DNA from: Lama guanicoe
Taxonomy: Eukaryota
Assembly: GCA_013239625.1 (NCBI GenBank)
Contig: MU054391.1
Coordinates: 9,271,095-9,335,094 of the forward strand
DNA: 64,000 nucleotides
Direction of reading: 5' to 3'
Made by a program: the position numbers and the translations under genes. The notes beneath the pieces were generated by a model. It worked only from the letters and a program-made list of their open reading frames with translations. It was not told the DNA's origin and made no database searches. Positions within the stretch are counted from its first letter, which is position 1. Every line of letters starts with the position of its first letter. Of this stretch, positions 1 to 12,031 are shown in pieces.

Positions 1-196
1 CACTCACACTGTCAACTGCGGGGCTGTTTCCCAATCTCTCTGAATCTGTTTTTCTCTTCCCGCTGTAGATTTGGAGTGTGCAATTGATGCGGTAATATGT
101 TGTTTTTTCTTCTAACCCTCACATTTGTCACGTTTTCTATGTGATATTTTCTGTAAGAGGGAGGGGGAGGGGAGGGGAGAGAGGGAAACTACGTAC

Positions 197-376
197 CCAT
201 AGACCCGTTAGTGGGATAGTATTTATGCAAGCGTCGGCAAATGTCCTTGTTTACTGGCGTAACTGTCAACCTGAGAATTTTGCCTCACCCAGCAGTGAGT
301 CCTGACTCCCGGACTAAAATGATGACCGCCAACACAAGAAAACTGAGGCTGCTGGAAAACTGAGGAAGGGGGAAGA
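197..376 (-). other. Candidate first (or 5'UTR) exon of an unidentified gene, ending in start codon + 1 nt (ATG G|GTACGT)
   Basis: Minus strand reads ...CACTAACGGGTCT ATG G|GTACGT (ATG 200-198, donor GT 196-195). Unique, repeat-free sequence with raised CpG. TATAAA lies ~30 nt upstream of 376. An alternative pyrimidine-rich acceptor (tcttcccccttcctcag) would start the exon at 359. Confidence 0.5.
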
Positions 377-520
377 CCACAGGAAAAACAGAACCAGGAG
401 TTTATAAGAACGGAATCCAGGTTGGAATTGGTAGGTAATTAATCAAACAAGCATATCTCAAAGCCAGATCTGAGGGGAAGGAGGTTCAACAAAATTCTTA
501 TTGCAGCTAATTGGCTAACC
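376..520 (-). promoter_or_regulatory. Candidate Pol II promoter (TATA plus two CCAAT boxes)
   Basis: Minus-strand CTTATAAA at 408-401, CCAAT at 431-427 and AGCCAATTAG with CCAAT at 514-510, all oriented toward the candidate exon. Confidence 0.45.
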
Positions 521-1681
521 TGGAGAAAATAAATAAATAAGGTAGGAATTGTTATGTCAGAGAACCAAAGGAACAGGCAGTCACGCGGTCAAGACACTGT
601 GATCAAACCTGGGCAAAAAGAAGAAAGACAGGAAAGCCACAGTTTGTACCAACAACAAAGATCAACTCCAGTGAAACACAGTGTGTGTCAAGAAGGCTCT
701 CGATGAATTGGAACATGAATGGATAAACGCGTAGGGGAATAAACCGAGACCTTCTAAATACACCCCTGGTGTCCTAGAAGATGGTGGTCAATCACGGTAT
801 TTTATGAGCCCGTTCCTACTCACGGTCAAGCCTTTTTGATGACAGTACAAACAGTTTCACCTGTGGGCGGTAGGCACGTTCAGAATATGTCACAGAATCT
901 CAAAATCCCACAGCCAGACTTCCTTTGGACTTGTGAAATGAGTCTTACGCAAATACATGGAGAATAAAAGTCAGAAATTGGTTAAAAAAAAAAGCCCAAT
1001 GAGAAATATATGCAAAGTATTTCCCCAAAATGTTGATAAGAGCCTAATGTGTTCAGAAGATAAGCCTCAGGTGAGAAATGAACCTTTCCCACTTCAGCAA
1101 AAGCTGCTCCCGTGTGACTCTTACCACTTTGAAGGAGGACACGTTATTGGCATTTAGTTGAAATCCAGAAGATAAAAAAATACAGAGGGAGTAGGTATCT
1201 TATAAGTGCACTGTCAGTATCACCACACCCTGGGTCCCCTTCTCATTATGATGGAAAAGAGACAATTTGAGGAGGAAAAAATACCACATTAGTACAAAAA
1301 TCATGCATCTGTTTTCATAAGAGCAAAATGACCAAAGTAATGGTTTCAAAGAAATCAAGGTCAAGGTGGTCCACACTGGAAGTCACTATTGACTGGAGCT
1401 CCTATGGCGGAAAAAATCAAGGTTCAGAGAAGAGGTATGACTGTCACATGATGACAGTCACTTCTGGTGGGATGCTAGACACAGTAGAGCCTAACCCAGG
1501 AGCCTGGTGCAAGGGTGCCCACTAAAGCAGCAAGGGGGGTGATGACAGGAGGAGATCCAGGGGAAGTTGTCACCTTCCAGGGACCTCCTCTGAGCCTCCC
1601 GGGATCCACAGCCCCATTAGCCTGGGTTAGGCTCCCCCTTCTGGACACTCAGAGAAACGTGGGCATTTCTCAATCTCTACC

Positions 1682-2018
1682 TTCACTTTGTTTTTTGTGT
1701 ACTTTTTGTCTTTTTTTAATTGAAGTATAGTTGATTTACAACGTCATGTTGGTTTCTTGTGTATAGCATAGTGATTCAGTCATACACACATATATAGTCA
1801 GATTCTTTCCCATTATAGGTTATTAGAAGCTATTGAATATAGTTCCCTGTGCTATACAGTAGAACCTTGTTGAACATGGATGGACCTAGAGATGATCACG
1901 ATAAGTAAGTCAGACAGAAAGACAAATACCATATAGCACTTATATGTGGGATCTAAAAAGGTAACACAAATGAATGTGCTTGCAAAACAGAAACAGACTC
2001 AGGTGTTCACCTTGTTTT
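1682..2018 (-). mobile_element. 5'-inverted (twin-primed) L1 3' fragment, artiodactyl type
   Basis: T-rich tail then antisense L1 3'UTR (~1710-1872), joined to a sense piece (aacatggatggacctagag...acagactc, ~1873-2000). TSD ttcactttgtttt (1682-1694) / ttcaccttgtttt (2006-2018). Confidence 0.8.
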
Positions 2019-2024
2019 ATACTT

Positions 2025-2140
2025 ATTTGTATTTGTCTGTTTTTAGTCTAGACCATGAGACAGACCTATGCAGACCAGGACTGCATCCTATTCAATGTGT
2101 GATTCTAGTGGGTACTCCATAAATGTCTACTGAATGATCA
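2025..2140 (+). mobile_element. L2 3' end fragment
   Basis: ctagac...gggtactccataaatgtctactgaatga resembles the L2 terminus. Confidence 0.55.
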
Positions 2141-2809
2141 GTGGACTGATGAACTCAGTGAAGTTTCCAAAGATAGACTGGTAAAGCCCCCAGAGATGTA
2201 ACCATGAAACCTGGGCAAACAAGGCAGAGTCTGTAACCAGGAAGACACGTGCTGCTCCCATGCCACCCTGCACCAACCTGTCTCACCCAGGGGCTTCTGG
2301 AGATCTGGACCAAGGACCCCGCTCTCTCCTGTGTCCCTGCCTTGCTCTCTGCGGGATCCTCAGACAATAATTAACTCACGAAATAGCCTGGCCCAGAAAA
2401 GAAACAATGTGCAATGCCAGCCACCTATTTATCTGCCTCCTTTGTGTGACTTGAATTGAATGCCCTGTGGGAAAAGGGACCCAGCTGAAATGTTTGAAAT
2501 CTGGGAAGATTAAAATCTGGGAGGCTCACCCTAATGAACGCAATGCAGATTACACATAAATCAGGTGTGTTCGGGAGGGTGGGAGTAGCTGGTGACTGTG
2601 AGCAGAAATGCACTCCCCTCCCTGGAATGCTTTCGTGACTCAAGTCAATCCAACGGGCCTAAAGGCAACATCCCCAAGGAAGCTTGTCTGATGCCCCGGT
2701 CAGAAGCACCTTCTGTCTCTAAACTCCCAGGGCACCTTGACCTTTCTGTTTCCAGCCTTTGTCAAGGTTGCCTGGATACACTGAGGGGCACGCATGCGTG
2801 TGCAGTGCT

Positions 2810-3160
2810 GTCAGACTGTGAGCTTCCCGAGGGCAGGGACTATTTCTAACTCTTCCTTCTGTTCATGCTCCCCAACTTGCCTTCTAGAACGTAGTGGACG
2901 TTCCAGGAGTCGATGCAGCGGGAGTAGTAACACAGCGCTTTAAGCAGAGTGGCCGCAGTAGTGACCCCTAACTGGACACCCGGCATTTGGTCGGGCACCG
3001 TGCATGACGTGTCTATTTCATCCAATCCTGCAAGCACCTCTACACAGTAGGTGCTTATTTTCTCAGTTTTACATAATTTTTCTCCAACAGGTGAGGAAAA
3101 AAAGGTAAGTGAGATCAAATAACTTGCAGCGTTGGGACTCGCGCTCACATCTCATAGGCA
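2810..3160. mobile_element. L2 3' fragment followed by a MIR fragment
   Basis: agactgtgagcttcccgagggcagggac is an L2 3' motif. The MIR-like part is atttcatccaatcctgcaagcacctct...gtaggtgcttatt...aagtgagatcaaataacttgc. Confidence 0.55.
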
Positions 3161-4484
3161 CCGGAGTCCGTTCTCCTCCCGACTGAGTGAACACACGGGC
3201 TCAGCCACTGAACGTGCAGAAACCCGCCCCCTCCCCCAGCGTGCGCCTGAGTTCAAAGGCAACGCGGTGCCTGGAGACCCACCGTCACTCTCCATCGCTC
3301 CTGCACCAGCCTCCTTGCTCTGCCCTGGAGAATCGTGGATCTGCGGAGTGACCAGGCCCTGAGATACCAGCTCACAGCGACGGGAGCCCTGGAGGTGGTG
3401 GGGCCGGTCCAAAGTCACAGGCGAATCTGGGGCAGAACAGAGCAAGGAGCTTGGGGTCCTGGCTCTCAAGGGTCAGGCACTTTCTCTCTTATTTCTCAGT
3501 TTTTCTTACGTTGAGATGCCAGGATCGGACCTCAACACATACAGAAAAAAAAAAAAACCACACATACGCACACACACACACATACAATTTCCTTCTCCCA
3601 AATCCGAGATGACCACGCCCGGGACTCCCATTACTCAGTACTGAGGAGAACAGGGAAATGTCAGAAGCTTGGCCTAGTCACCCCACTTCCACTCCACCTC
3701 CTGTCCTCTCTGCCCTCAAACCCGCTGTCAGGGATTTCAGCTCGACTCCCTAAAATAGAGGCTGCTCCTTACACCTCCTGGGAGGTGGGTTTCCATGTCT
3801 AGTTTCACTTTCCATTTACTGAAATTAAAATCCCATCCAAGTAGCAGATGCATTTGCTTCCTGTGTCTCTTCACTCCTGCCTTTGGCCCACTAGTGCCCT
3901 GGCTGCTGTAGGGTAGACAGGATTCATTCGCTCCCTCGGCATCCAGTGAGCACGCGGGGTCTCCGTCCCCCAATGAACGGCGCCTTCTATTTGGAAGATC
4001 GGAGCTCTAGTAACTCACAAAAGTACTTCACAGCCTTTATGAACGAGACATGTTTTCACAAAGCACAAAGCCAGAACAAAGTAATAAAGGATTTTTCCCA
4101 TACACAGTGCAATATTTTCCCACCTTCCAAGCTTCCTTCTGGATGGAGCTCAAATGCAGCCCCCTCCCCCAAGCCGTCCCTGAGTGCCTCCTTCCACCCG
4201 AGCCCCCAAATTATGAAGATGTTTCCCTGACACTGATAATGTCCTTTGACAATGATCACATTTAGACTTTCATTACCATTAGCCACGGCTCTTTAAGTCA
4301 GTGGCAGGGACCTTGTCTTAGACCCTTTGCTTACGTCAGGGGGATGGAATTGGTTGCCCTGAAATGGACGGAACCGGACGTTACCTGCTGTGCCGTGAGC
4401 TTGCTGGACGACCTCTCTATGCCGAAACTCGGGCACCTGCAATATCGGAGAGTCAGACTAGAAAAGAGGCTTTTGTCTGAGGGC

Positions 4485-4670
4485 ATCGGTTCTCAAAGAG
4501 TGTCCTCCCCAAATCAGCAGCTCCAGCCCCACCAGAGAGCTTGTTAGAAATGCAGAACGTCTGGTCCCTCTCTAGACTTTTGGAAGCAGAAAGCCCGGGG
4601 GTGGGGCCTGCGTTTTCCTGACCCTCCAGGTGATTCCGACGCCTGCTTGTTAAAGTTTAAGAACCACTGG
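4485..4670. mobile_element. MER5A-like hAT-Charlie non-autonomous DNA transposon
   Basis: ggttctcaaag...gcttgttagaaatgcaga...ccctccaggtgattc...aagtttaagaaccactg. Confidence 0.8.
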
Positions 4671-4809
4671 CCTGTAGTATCCTTGCACATCCTTTTTCTG
4701 GAGAGGGTTTGCTTAACTTCCATTGTCTTCACAAAAGTTTCATGGCCTTAAAAGGAGGCAGACACCCTAACAGCTTTGCCCTGCAGTTCCTTCTTCTTTG
4801 AAAAAAAAA

Positions 4810-5030
4810 AATTATTGACATGTAGTTGATTTACAATGTTAGTTTCAGGTGTACAGCAAAGTGATTCAGTTATACATATACATACATATACTTTTTTTCT
4901 TTTCAGATTCTTTTCCATTATATGTTATTATAAGAAATTGAATATAGTTCCCTGTGCTATTCAGTAGATCCTTGTTTCTCTATTTTGGATATAGTAACAT
5001 GTGTCCGTTAATCCCCAACCCCTAATTTAC
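4810..5030 (-). mobile_element. L1 3'UTR fragment (artiodactyl type)
   Basis: tagttgatttacaatgttagtttcaggtgtacagcaaagtgattcag...gaatatagttccctgtgcta; same family as the fragments at 1710, 29380, 61310 and 62980. Confidence 0.85.
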
Positions 5031-5309
5031 CTTTTTCATATAGAATATCATAAGTCTTATGAAAAAGAAAGAGAACATGTGACAATACGAATCCTGCTTA
5101 ATTTCCCTACAGATCGATTAGATGAACACAAACTAAGGGACCAGGGCACCATGCCACCGCGGAGTGTAAAGGGGAATAATATTTATACAAGGCTGCCAAC
5201 TGCTCTGAAGAGAAATTAGCCCCAGGCCTCTGTTCCTCCAACATCCTAGGGCCAGGGCCCCTCCCCACCTGCAAAACCTCAGTGTTGCAGAGTTGGAAGG
5301 GTCATCAGA

Positions 5310-5476
5310 GTTCACCTGAACCCTGACTATGCATTAGGACCACCTGGGGCATGCTAGAAAGTACCAGAGCCTACTCCCAGACACTCCTACATAATTGGTC
5401 TCAGATGGGATCTGACCCATCTGTTTTTATAAGTTCCCCAAGATTCTAAGGCACAGCTAGAACTGAGAACCACTGA
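5310..5476. mobile_element. MER5-family hAT-Charlie element
   Basis: tgcattaggaccacctgggg...aagttccccaagattctaag...tgagaaccactg. Confidence 0.65.
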
Positions 5477-6436
5477 GCCTAAGGGAATGCTCCTCAAAAA
5501 ATTGTCCTTCCACCTGCACTGGAACAAAACCAGGTTATTTTAATGCAGATCAGCCACTGACCCCTGCTGAAAAAATTGGAGGTGGCACCAGAGGCTGAGA
5601 GCAGGACTGTGGGCCAGGACTGGACTTTGGATCAGAATTCATCCCTGAGCTCAACTCCTGGCTCTCTGCACAACCAGAATCCCGTGACCTTTGTGAGCTC
5701 GGTGTCCTTGGCTGTAAGAAACCAGGTAATTCTATCTTCTTCCGTGTAGTTGCAAGAAGAAACGAGATAATGGTCCAAAGGGAGCTTTGTAGAGGATGCA
5801 CCAGACCAGGATATGGTGCTGATAAAACAAAGTTCCAGGGAGGGGATTAAGTTGGAGGGAACAAAGGAAGTTTCCACTTTTTCAGTGGGAGGCTGGTGGT
5901 GAGGTTGCCCACAGAGGAAGGCGGAGGTGCTGGGAGGGAGGGTGGTTGGAGGTGGCCCCCCGAGCTTGCTTCTTCCCAGCCTTTCGGAGTGAGATGCGCT
6001 GAAGGGTTAACGCCTCCCAAAACTGATGCTATCCAGCTTTGCTTGTTGCTGGCAGGATTGTTTTTGTTCGCGCTAATTAAAAACAGGTGCATTTGCCTGA
6101 AAATTGTGCTGGGAGGGTTTCTCAGGTCTGGTTTCTCTGGAGACCACCATCTCCACAGGCAATCAGTTTAGGGGAAAGAGTTCTGCCTTCATTTGCATAT
6201 GAGAACTTGGGTTTCACCTGAGGTTCATAAAAAGAACAGAAAAACTTTATGTGCTTAGCTGTTCTCCAAGAGAGAAAATGGCTTGATAAAAAAGACTGCT
6301 GCAAAGGCAAAAAGCAGCAAAGAATGAACAGGACTGCTTTAAAGGGTCGCCTGGAAAAGTGGGCAGTGGCTGGAGAGCCAGTAGCTCGGAGTTCTGGCTC
6401 CAAGACTCACAATCTCTCTATCTGACATTGCACAGT

Positions 6437-6456
6437 AAAAAAAAAAAAATATAAAA

Positions 6457-6490
<34 letters not shown>

Positions 6491-6527
6491 ATGTATATAT
6501 ATATATATAGATAGATATATAGATATA
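6437..6527. repeat. Compound microsatellite (A)n(TA)n(TG)n(TA)n(TAGA)
   Basis: Directly visible. Confidence 0.95.
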
Positions 6528-8082
6528 AAATTCTATCTCCTTTAAATCTGTTGTTTTTATTTCCATCTTATAAGGTGTGAAAACTAAGGTCCTAAGAGGA
6601 CCCATTACTCAATTATTCCCCTGGGTAAGGAGGGGCCATAATTCAAATCCAGCTCCCCTGTGCTTTTGTCCCCTTAACTGCTGCTTTTTTTCCATTCTGA
6701 GCCTCAAATTCTTCCATAATGAGTAGCTTGCACTACACTCAGCTTCCTTCTTGCCTCTGAATCCAGAACACAGGTCCATCCTATTGTGCGACTAGAGTGT
6801 TTTTCCTTCCGTCTAAACCTGTTTTGCTATCTCAGAACCAAGATCCCTCAGCAGGTCCCAGCTTGGGTTTTGACTCTGAGCCCAGGAGAGAAGGGAAACT
6901 TGAGAGACAATACAGAGGGGAGAGAGAGAGAGAGAGAAATTGGCCCATGTAGCAGAACAAAAGCACCAAGTTTAATTTGATTTTGAGCTTCATGGTTGGG
7001 CAGATTTGAGGTTGACATTTGGAGTAGATGATTTGGATGTTAAAATGAAGCCAAGACCTGATTTATTGTGGCTAGGATCTCTGCCCAAGGATTTAACATC
7101 TGAGCTTACCACCCCCCAACTTTTTAATTTACGCTCTCGTGCCAATTTAATTGGATTTGTCTTCAGTGGGGCTAACTGTTTATTGCCCTTCGAGAAGACA
7201 GGCTTTCAAAATTATAAGAGCCTTCAAAATTGTCTTGGGCACAGTGAAGAATCAGAAGATAAGAATTCCACTACTCCTTCCTCTTTTACTCACACAGCAT
7301 GAAGCAGGGTGAGAAGAGTGTGAAGAGAATGCTTTACCCAGGATGACTTGGCTGGATTACAACTGTGGAAAAGTTCAGCAAAATTAACTTCTCCTCCCCA
7401 AGTCAATCACTTGAGGGTTTGAAAACTTGTCTCTGTGTTCCTGCCTTTGAACAAAGAAACTCAAAGTTACCTTTCTGAACCTTCCTCCTCAAATTCAGCT
7501 CTCAAGATGTTGTCGAAAGCAAATTTTCAAACAATCTACCAGCTTTTCAAGATCACTCAACTGAGCTGTCACTCAACAACTCTGAAGGAGCTGTGAAAAA
7601 GTAGAAATCGCACTGGTCTTAAAGTCAGAAAATGTGCACTTGTTTTTTTTTTATCTCCAGCCTGTTTGACCTTGAACAAGTCACTTCCCCTTTTCACTCA
7701 AGGGTTTTCTCACTTATATGGCAGGGAGCAACATTGCTCCCTTCTGCCTCAGAAATCCATGAGGATTGACTTGGTTGGGGGGGATTTATTCCAGACAAAT
7801 CTGAAACAGTATTACTGCTTATACCAATGGGCTGAAAGGAAGGGGCTCTTCCTGAGGGAGGTACACAGAGGTGGTACAGGATAGCACGTGGGTTTTAGAA
7901 TGAGGTACGCCGGGGATCACAGCCCAGGTCTGCCACTGACAACTCTCCCTTATGATCTCCGGCCCCTGATTTCTTTGATAAAAGAAGAGTAAGGTATCCC
8001 TTATTTGTTGTCAAGATTAAAGGAAATGATTTAAACTCCAATAGCTAACACTGAGTAAGAATTTAATGAAGTTTCCTTCCCT

Positions 8083-8325
8083 AGTGGTAGTGGTTAAGCA
8101 CCCAGGTCCTACAGCCAGACCATTTGGCTCAAAGCCTGGCTCTGCGGCTTCCTAGCTGTGTGGTCCTGGACAAGAAACTTCGCTTTTCTGAATCTCAACT
8201 TCTCCATCTGTAAAATAGGGACAATGATGGTACCCCAGTGCCTAGGGTTGTCATGCAAATTAAATGAGTAAATAATTTGCAAAGTCCTTAGAAAGGGCCC
8301 TGTCCAGAGTAAATGCTATTTAGCA
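8083..8325 (+). mobile_element. MIR SINE, near full length
   Basis: gtggttaag...ggctctgcggcttcctagctgtgtggtcctggacaag...catctgtaaaataggg...aaattaaatgag; more degraded MIRs lie at ~7580-7720 and ~7880-8060. Confidence 0.85.
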
Positions 8326-9140
8326 AACCATTTTAACCAGAATTAACTCAAATCTCTTCTTTCTTCAAGCTATATTAGAAAATGGAATTAATCATAGGAA
8401 CAGCTAACCCTAACTCTTAATACATCATCTCACCTCAAAATGACTAACTCTTCCAATCGGGAAAATCTGCATTCCACATACACAAAACAGAACACACTCA
8501 GAAAGAAAACACCCCATCAAGTCGTCATCATGTCAAATGACCCAGTGGCTCAGAAAGCAGAGAAAGGTTGGGCCCAGATGTGCCTGACAACCCTCTTCTT
8601 GCTTTTCTAGTTTAGATCTTTTCCTTCATGTGCTTAGTCACTGCAGAACCCAGGAGTTCATCCTCTGCCAGCCCTAGTTTCTCTAGGTAGCTTATGAAAT
8701 TTCTCACCATGTATTTACTTTTTAAAAAAGAAATCCCTTTAGCAAGTCAATTTAGCGGTCCTATGGTGTTCATTTGGTCCAGAGGGATTTTTATCTGAAA
8801 TAATGTTATAGACCAAGGTTTCATTTTACCTCCTCTTCTGTATCCTGGTCTGGAGCTATTTTATTTTCAACAACACAAGGCATAGACTGAAATTTCCCAA
8901 GAGCATTTCAAAGAGCAATTTCTCATTTCCTGCCCCTCTGAATTTATGTTCTTAAAATTGAATTGTGCTAAACAGTTTCTTCTGAAATCAGGCTAAGATG
9001 AACATGAAATGATGGGAGGGGAATAACTTGATAAAAAAGAAAAGAACATTAAACCTTTTACAAAATCCATTTATAAGAGGCTGTATCTCAGTCATGAGAA
9101 AGAAAACAAACTACCCATTGGCACTGTTAGTTATTTAACT

Positions 9141-9750
9141 TTCATTCATTCATTCATTCATTCAGTCACAAATAATTATTGAATGTCTTCTGTATTCCAG
9201 AGGCTAACATCAGCATTTGAGTTGATAAATGGGAAAGACAGACAAATAAAGAGATAGTAGAATATAGGCATATGCTGTGGTAGAGGTAAGCATGCGGCGC
9301 AGTTAACATTCAGAGATGGATGTCCTTAACCACTGATGATCAAGGAAGGCTTCCTGGAGGAGTATGCCAAGCTATGAGTCATCATGGACTAGTAGGAGTC
9401 AGGCAGAGAAGGAAAGGGCCTTGACCACAAGGAGGAGCTCATGCCTGAAACTGAAGAAGCCCAAAGGCCAGGAGAGAAAGCCCAGGTAAAGCAGGAAGGT
9501 TGTGGAGTGCCAGGAGATGAGGCCAGAGACAAAACCAAGACCGGAACAGGAAAAGCTATGGGAGCTCAACCAAAGGGTTTTCTATCTACCCTGAGACCTA
9601 CGGGAAGCCATTAATGGACTTCATGCAAAGAAGTAATGTGTTCATTTTTGTCTTTTAGAAAGACAGCCTGGCAGCTGTGTGGATGGTGGAGGGAAGCACA
9701 TCAGGCAGAGGAAAGGGGACCAGTGAGGAAGGTACGTGTTTTAAAGAGAT
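9141..9750 (-). mobile_element. L2 LINE 3' region
   Basis: (TTCA)n terminus, caaggaaggcttcctggaggag, gggaagccatt...ttttagaaagacagcctggcagctgtgtgga. Confidence 0.8.
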
Positions 9751-10169
9751 CACCACGTGTTCACCTGGGCGCACTAAGTTGAAAAGCTCGATTATGGAAA
9801 GTCTGTAGGTCTCGTCCTGATGAGACTCCTTCCCTTTACACATTCCTTAGTCAATGCATTTTTTTAAGCCACTAAGTTGTGGATTTTTTTTTAATGCAGC
9901 AAAAGCTAACATGCAAATTGGAAAGTTAAGGTGAGAGCCGTAGTTTGCAGTGGATGACGAGGCTGGCCCTGGAGGGGCAGTACAGGAGACAAACCAGGTG
10001 CAGGCAATGAACTTCGTCTCCTTCTTTCCTGTATTTCTAGACAACTGGCTTATTACCAAAGGTTTCTGGTGGAAAAAAAATATTAACTTTATATCAGCTG
10101 GGGCTTTTGGAAGGAGTATTGAACAAACGTTAGGAACTCTGCGCCCAGAGGTACTATGGCTTTTAGAAA

Positions 10170-10345
10170 TGTTTAAAAGCTGAGGCCCTGGGATCAGGAA
10201 GAGTTGCATTTGAGTCCAGGCTCTGCTCCCCTCTTATGAGCGGTGTGTCACAGCACCAGTGACTTAACGTCCCTGAGATTTGCTCTTTTTCATCTGTAAG
10301 ATGGAGAGCATAATACCTCTTCGGTTGTCACAAGGATGAAATCAA
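10170..10345 (+). mobile_element. MIR fragment
   Basis: ttgagtccaggctctgctc...gacttaacgtccctgag...catctgtaagatggag. Confidence 0.65.
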
Positions 10346-10779
10346 AATGCCAGCTGGTGTGCCTGGCTTGCTACTTGTCCCCTCTCTGTATTATCCTAGT
10401 TTATGATGGAGAAAAGCTCTCCCAACCCCCTGACCTTGGTTCTTTACCTATAAAATGAGAAGTTTCAATCAGAGAGTCTCTAAGTCACATTCTATCACTA
10501 ATATTTTATGGAAGCAAAGTAGAGGACAAATACCACTTAGGATTCAACACTTATAAGGCAGAAACACTCAGTGCATTTTTTAAAAGGCATTTCAATAAGT
10601 GTACTGCAGCTGTACAGGAAAATTTTGTTGTTTTCTTGATTTTTTTTCCCTTAAAAAAATATCAGAGAGCTACTTGTCTGTACCAAGATAAAGCATATTG
10701 CTTTGGATTTATATCCCGCTGACAGTCTGTTTTGTAGTGTGGCTTAAATGTCATGCCTGGATTGCTTTCAGAAAAAAAA

Positions 10780-10780
<1 letters not shown>

Positions 10781-10836
<56 letters not shown>
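10781..10836. repeat. Perfect (TAGA)14 tetranucleotide microsatellite
   Basis: 56 bp of uninterrupted TAGA followed by (AAGA)2. Confidence 0.97.
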
Positions 10837-11311
10837 AAGAAAGAATTTATCAAGTCCAAAGAGTTATTCTTCTCATTGTAACCACTCTAACGTGGCACAG
10901 CAGTCTTGCCTAGCAGATGGACCACTGTGTGACAGTTAGCTGCTAAGCCCTGTTTGATGATTTATTGGCTCTTCCTTGTCGTCTTAGCAGACGCCGCATG
11001 TTTTCAGATATGGCCAAGACTACGGTCTTACAGTCTGAGGTTATTTTCTTCCCGGTTGTCCCAGAAAAGCAGACAGTGCATCACATGCACAAGGTTTATG
11101 GTTCTATTCCCAGTCCTGTTTGCAACTCCCTGTCCATAAGGTGGGCCAGATTGTCACATCTTCCTTCTTTGTCACCCATGCATAGTATCACAAGCCAGAA
11201 ACAACCCATGTGCTTGTTCATGTTCCTTTTGGAAACAAGTGCTGGTAGGACCCAGGGCAAGAAGCTCCATGGATTGATCTAAAGAGAAATGGTCAGAAAA
11301 TCACAAATGAA

Positions 11312-11862
11312 GACATTACTTATCTATGGCTACATAACAAACAGCCTCAAACTGCCAGCAAAAAAAAAAAAAATCACACATTTGTTATTTCACAGTCGCT
11401 ATGGGTCAGAAATCGGGCATAACTTTGTTGGTTCCTCTGCGATCTCTCATGAGGCTGCAATCACAGTGTTGGCCACGGCTGAGGTCTTATCTGAAGGCTT
11501 GACTGGGGAAGAATCTGCTGCCAAGCTTGCTCACAAGATCATTGGTAGGATTAAGTTCCTTGAGGGTTTTTAGCCCAAGGGCCTTAATTTCTTGTTGGCT
11601 GCTGGCCAGTGTCCACCCTCATTTCCTTGCCAGGTGGGCCCCTCACCAACATGGCAGATTGCTTCATCCAAGCCAGAAGAGAGAGAGTCTACAAGCCAAA
11701 TGGAAGCTACCACCTCCTATAACCTAATCACAGAAGTGCCATGCCAACACCTTTGCCATCACACTGTATTAGTTAGAAGGAAGTCGAGGAGAGGGAGTTA
11801 CACAAGGTGTGAATACCAGGAGGCAGAGATCATTAAGGCCATCTTACAGTCTGCCTGCCACA
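11312..11862 (-). mobile_element. MaLR solo LTR (MLT1F-like)
   Basis: gaggctgcaatc...atctgaaggcttgactgggg...aacatggcagattgcttcatc...gaataccaggaggc...gtctgcctgccaca (reverse complement of the LTR start). Confidence 0.8.
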
Positions 11863-12031
11863 ATGAGTCAAAACTGGGCTGTCACATGTGTGTAGGTAGT
11901 GGGGACAGTGGGGACCAGATGTTGTTCCACTCTCTTGGTCACATGCCCTGAAGCAGCACTGTGGCTACCCTGGATAAGGAATTCCCTTCTGCAATTATCT
12001 ATGCTATTTCACACAAAAGCACTGTATTATT

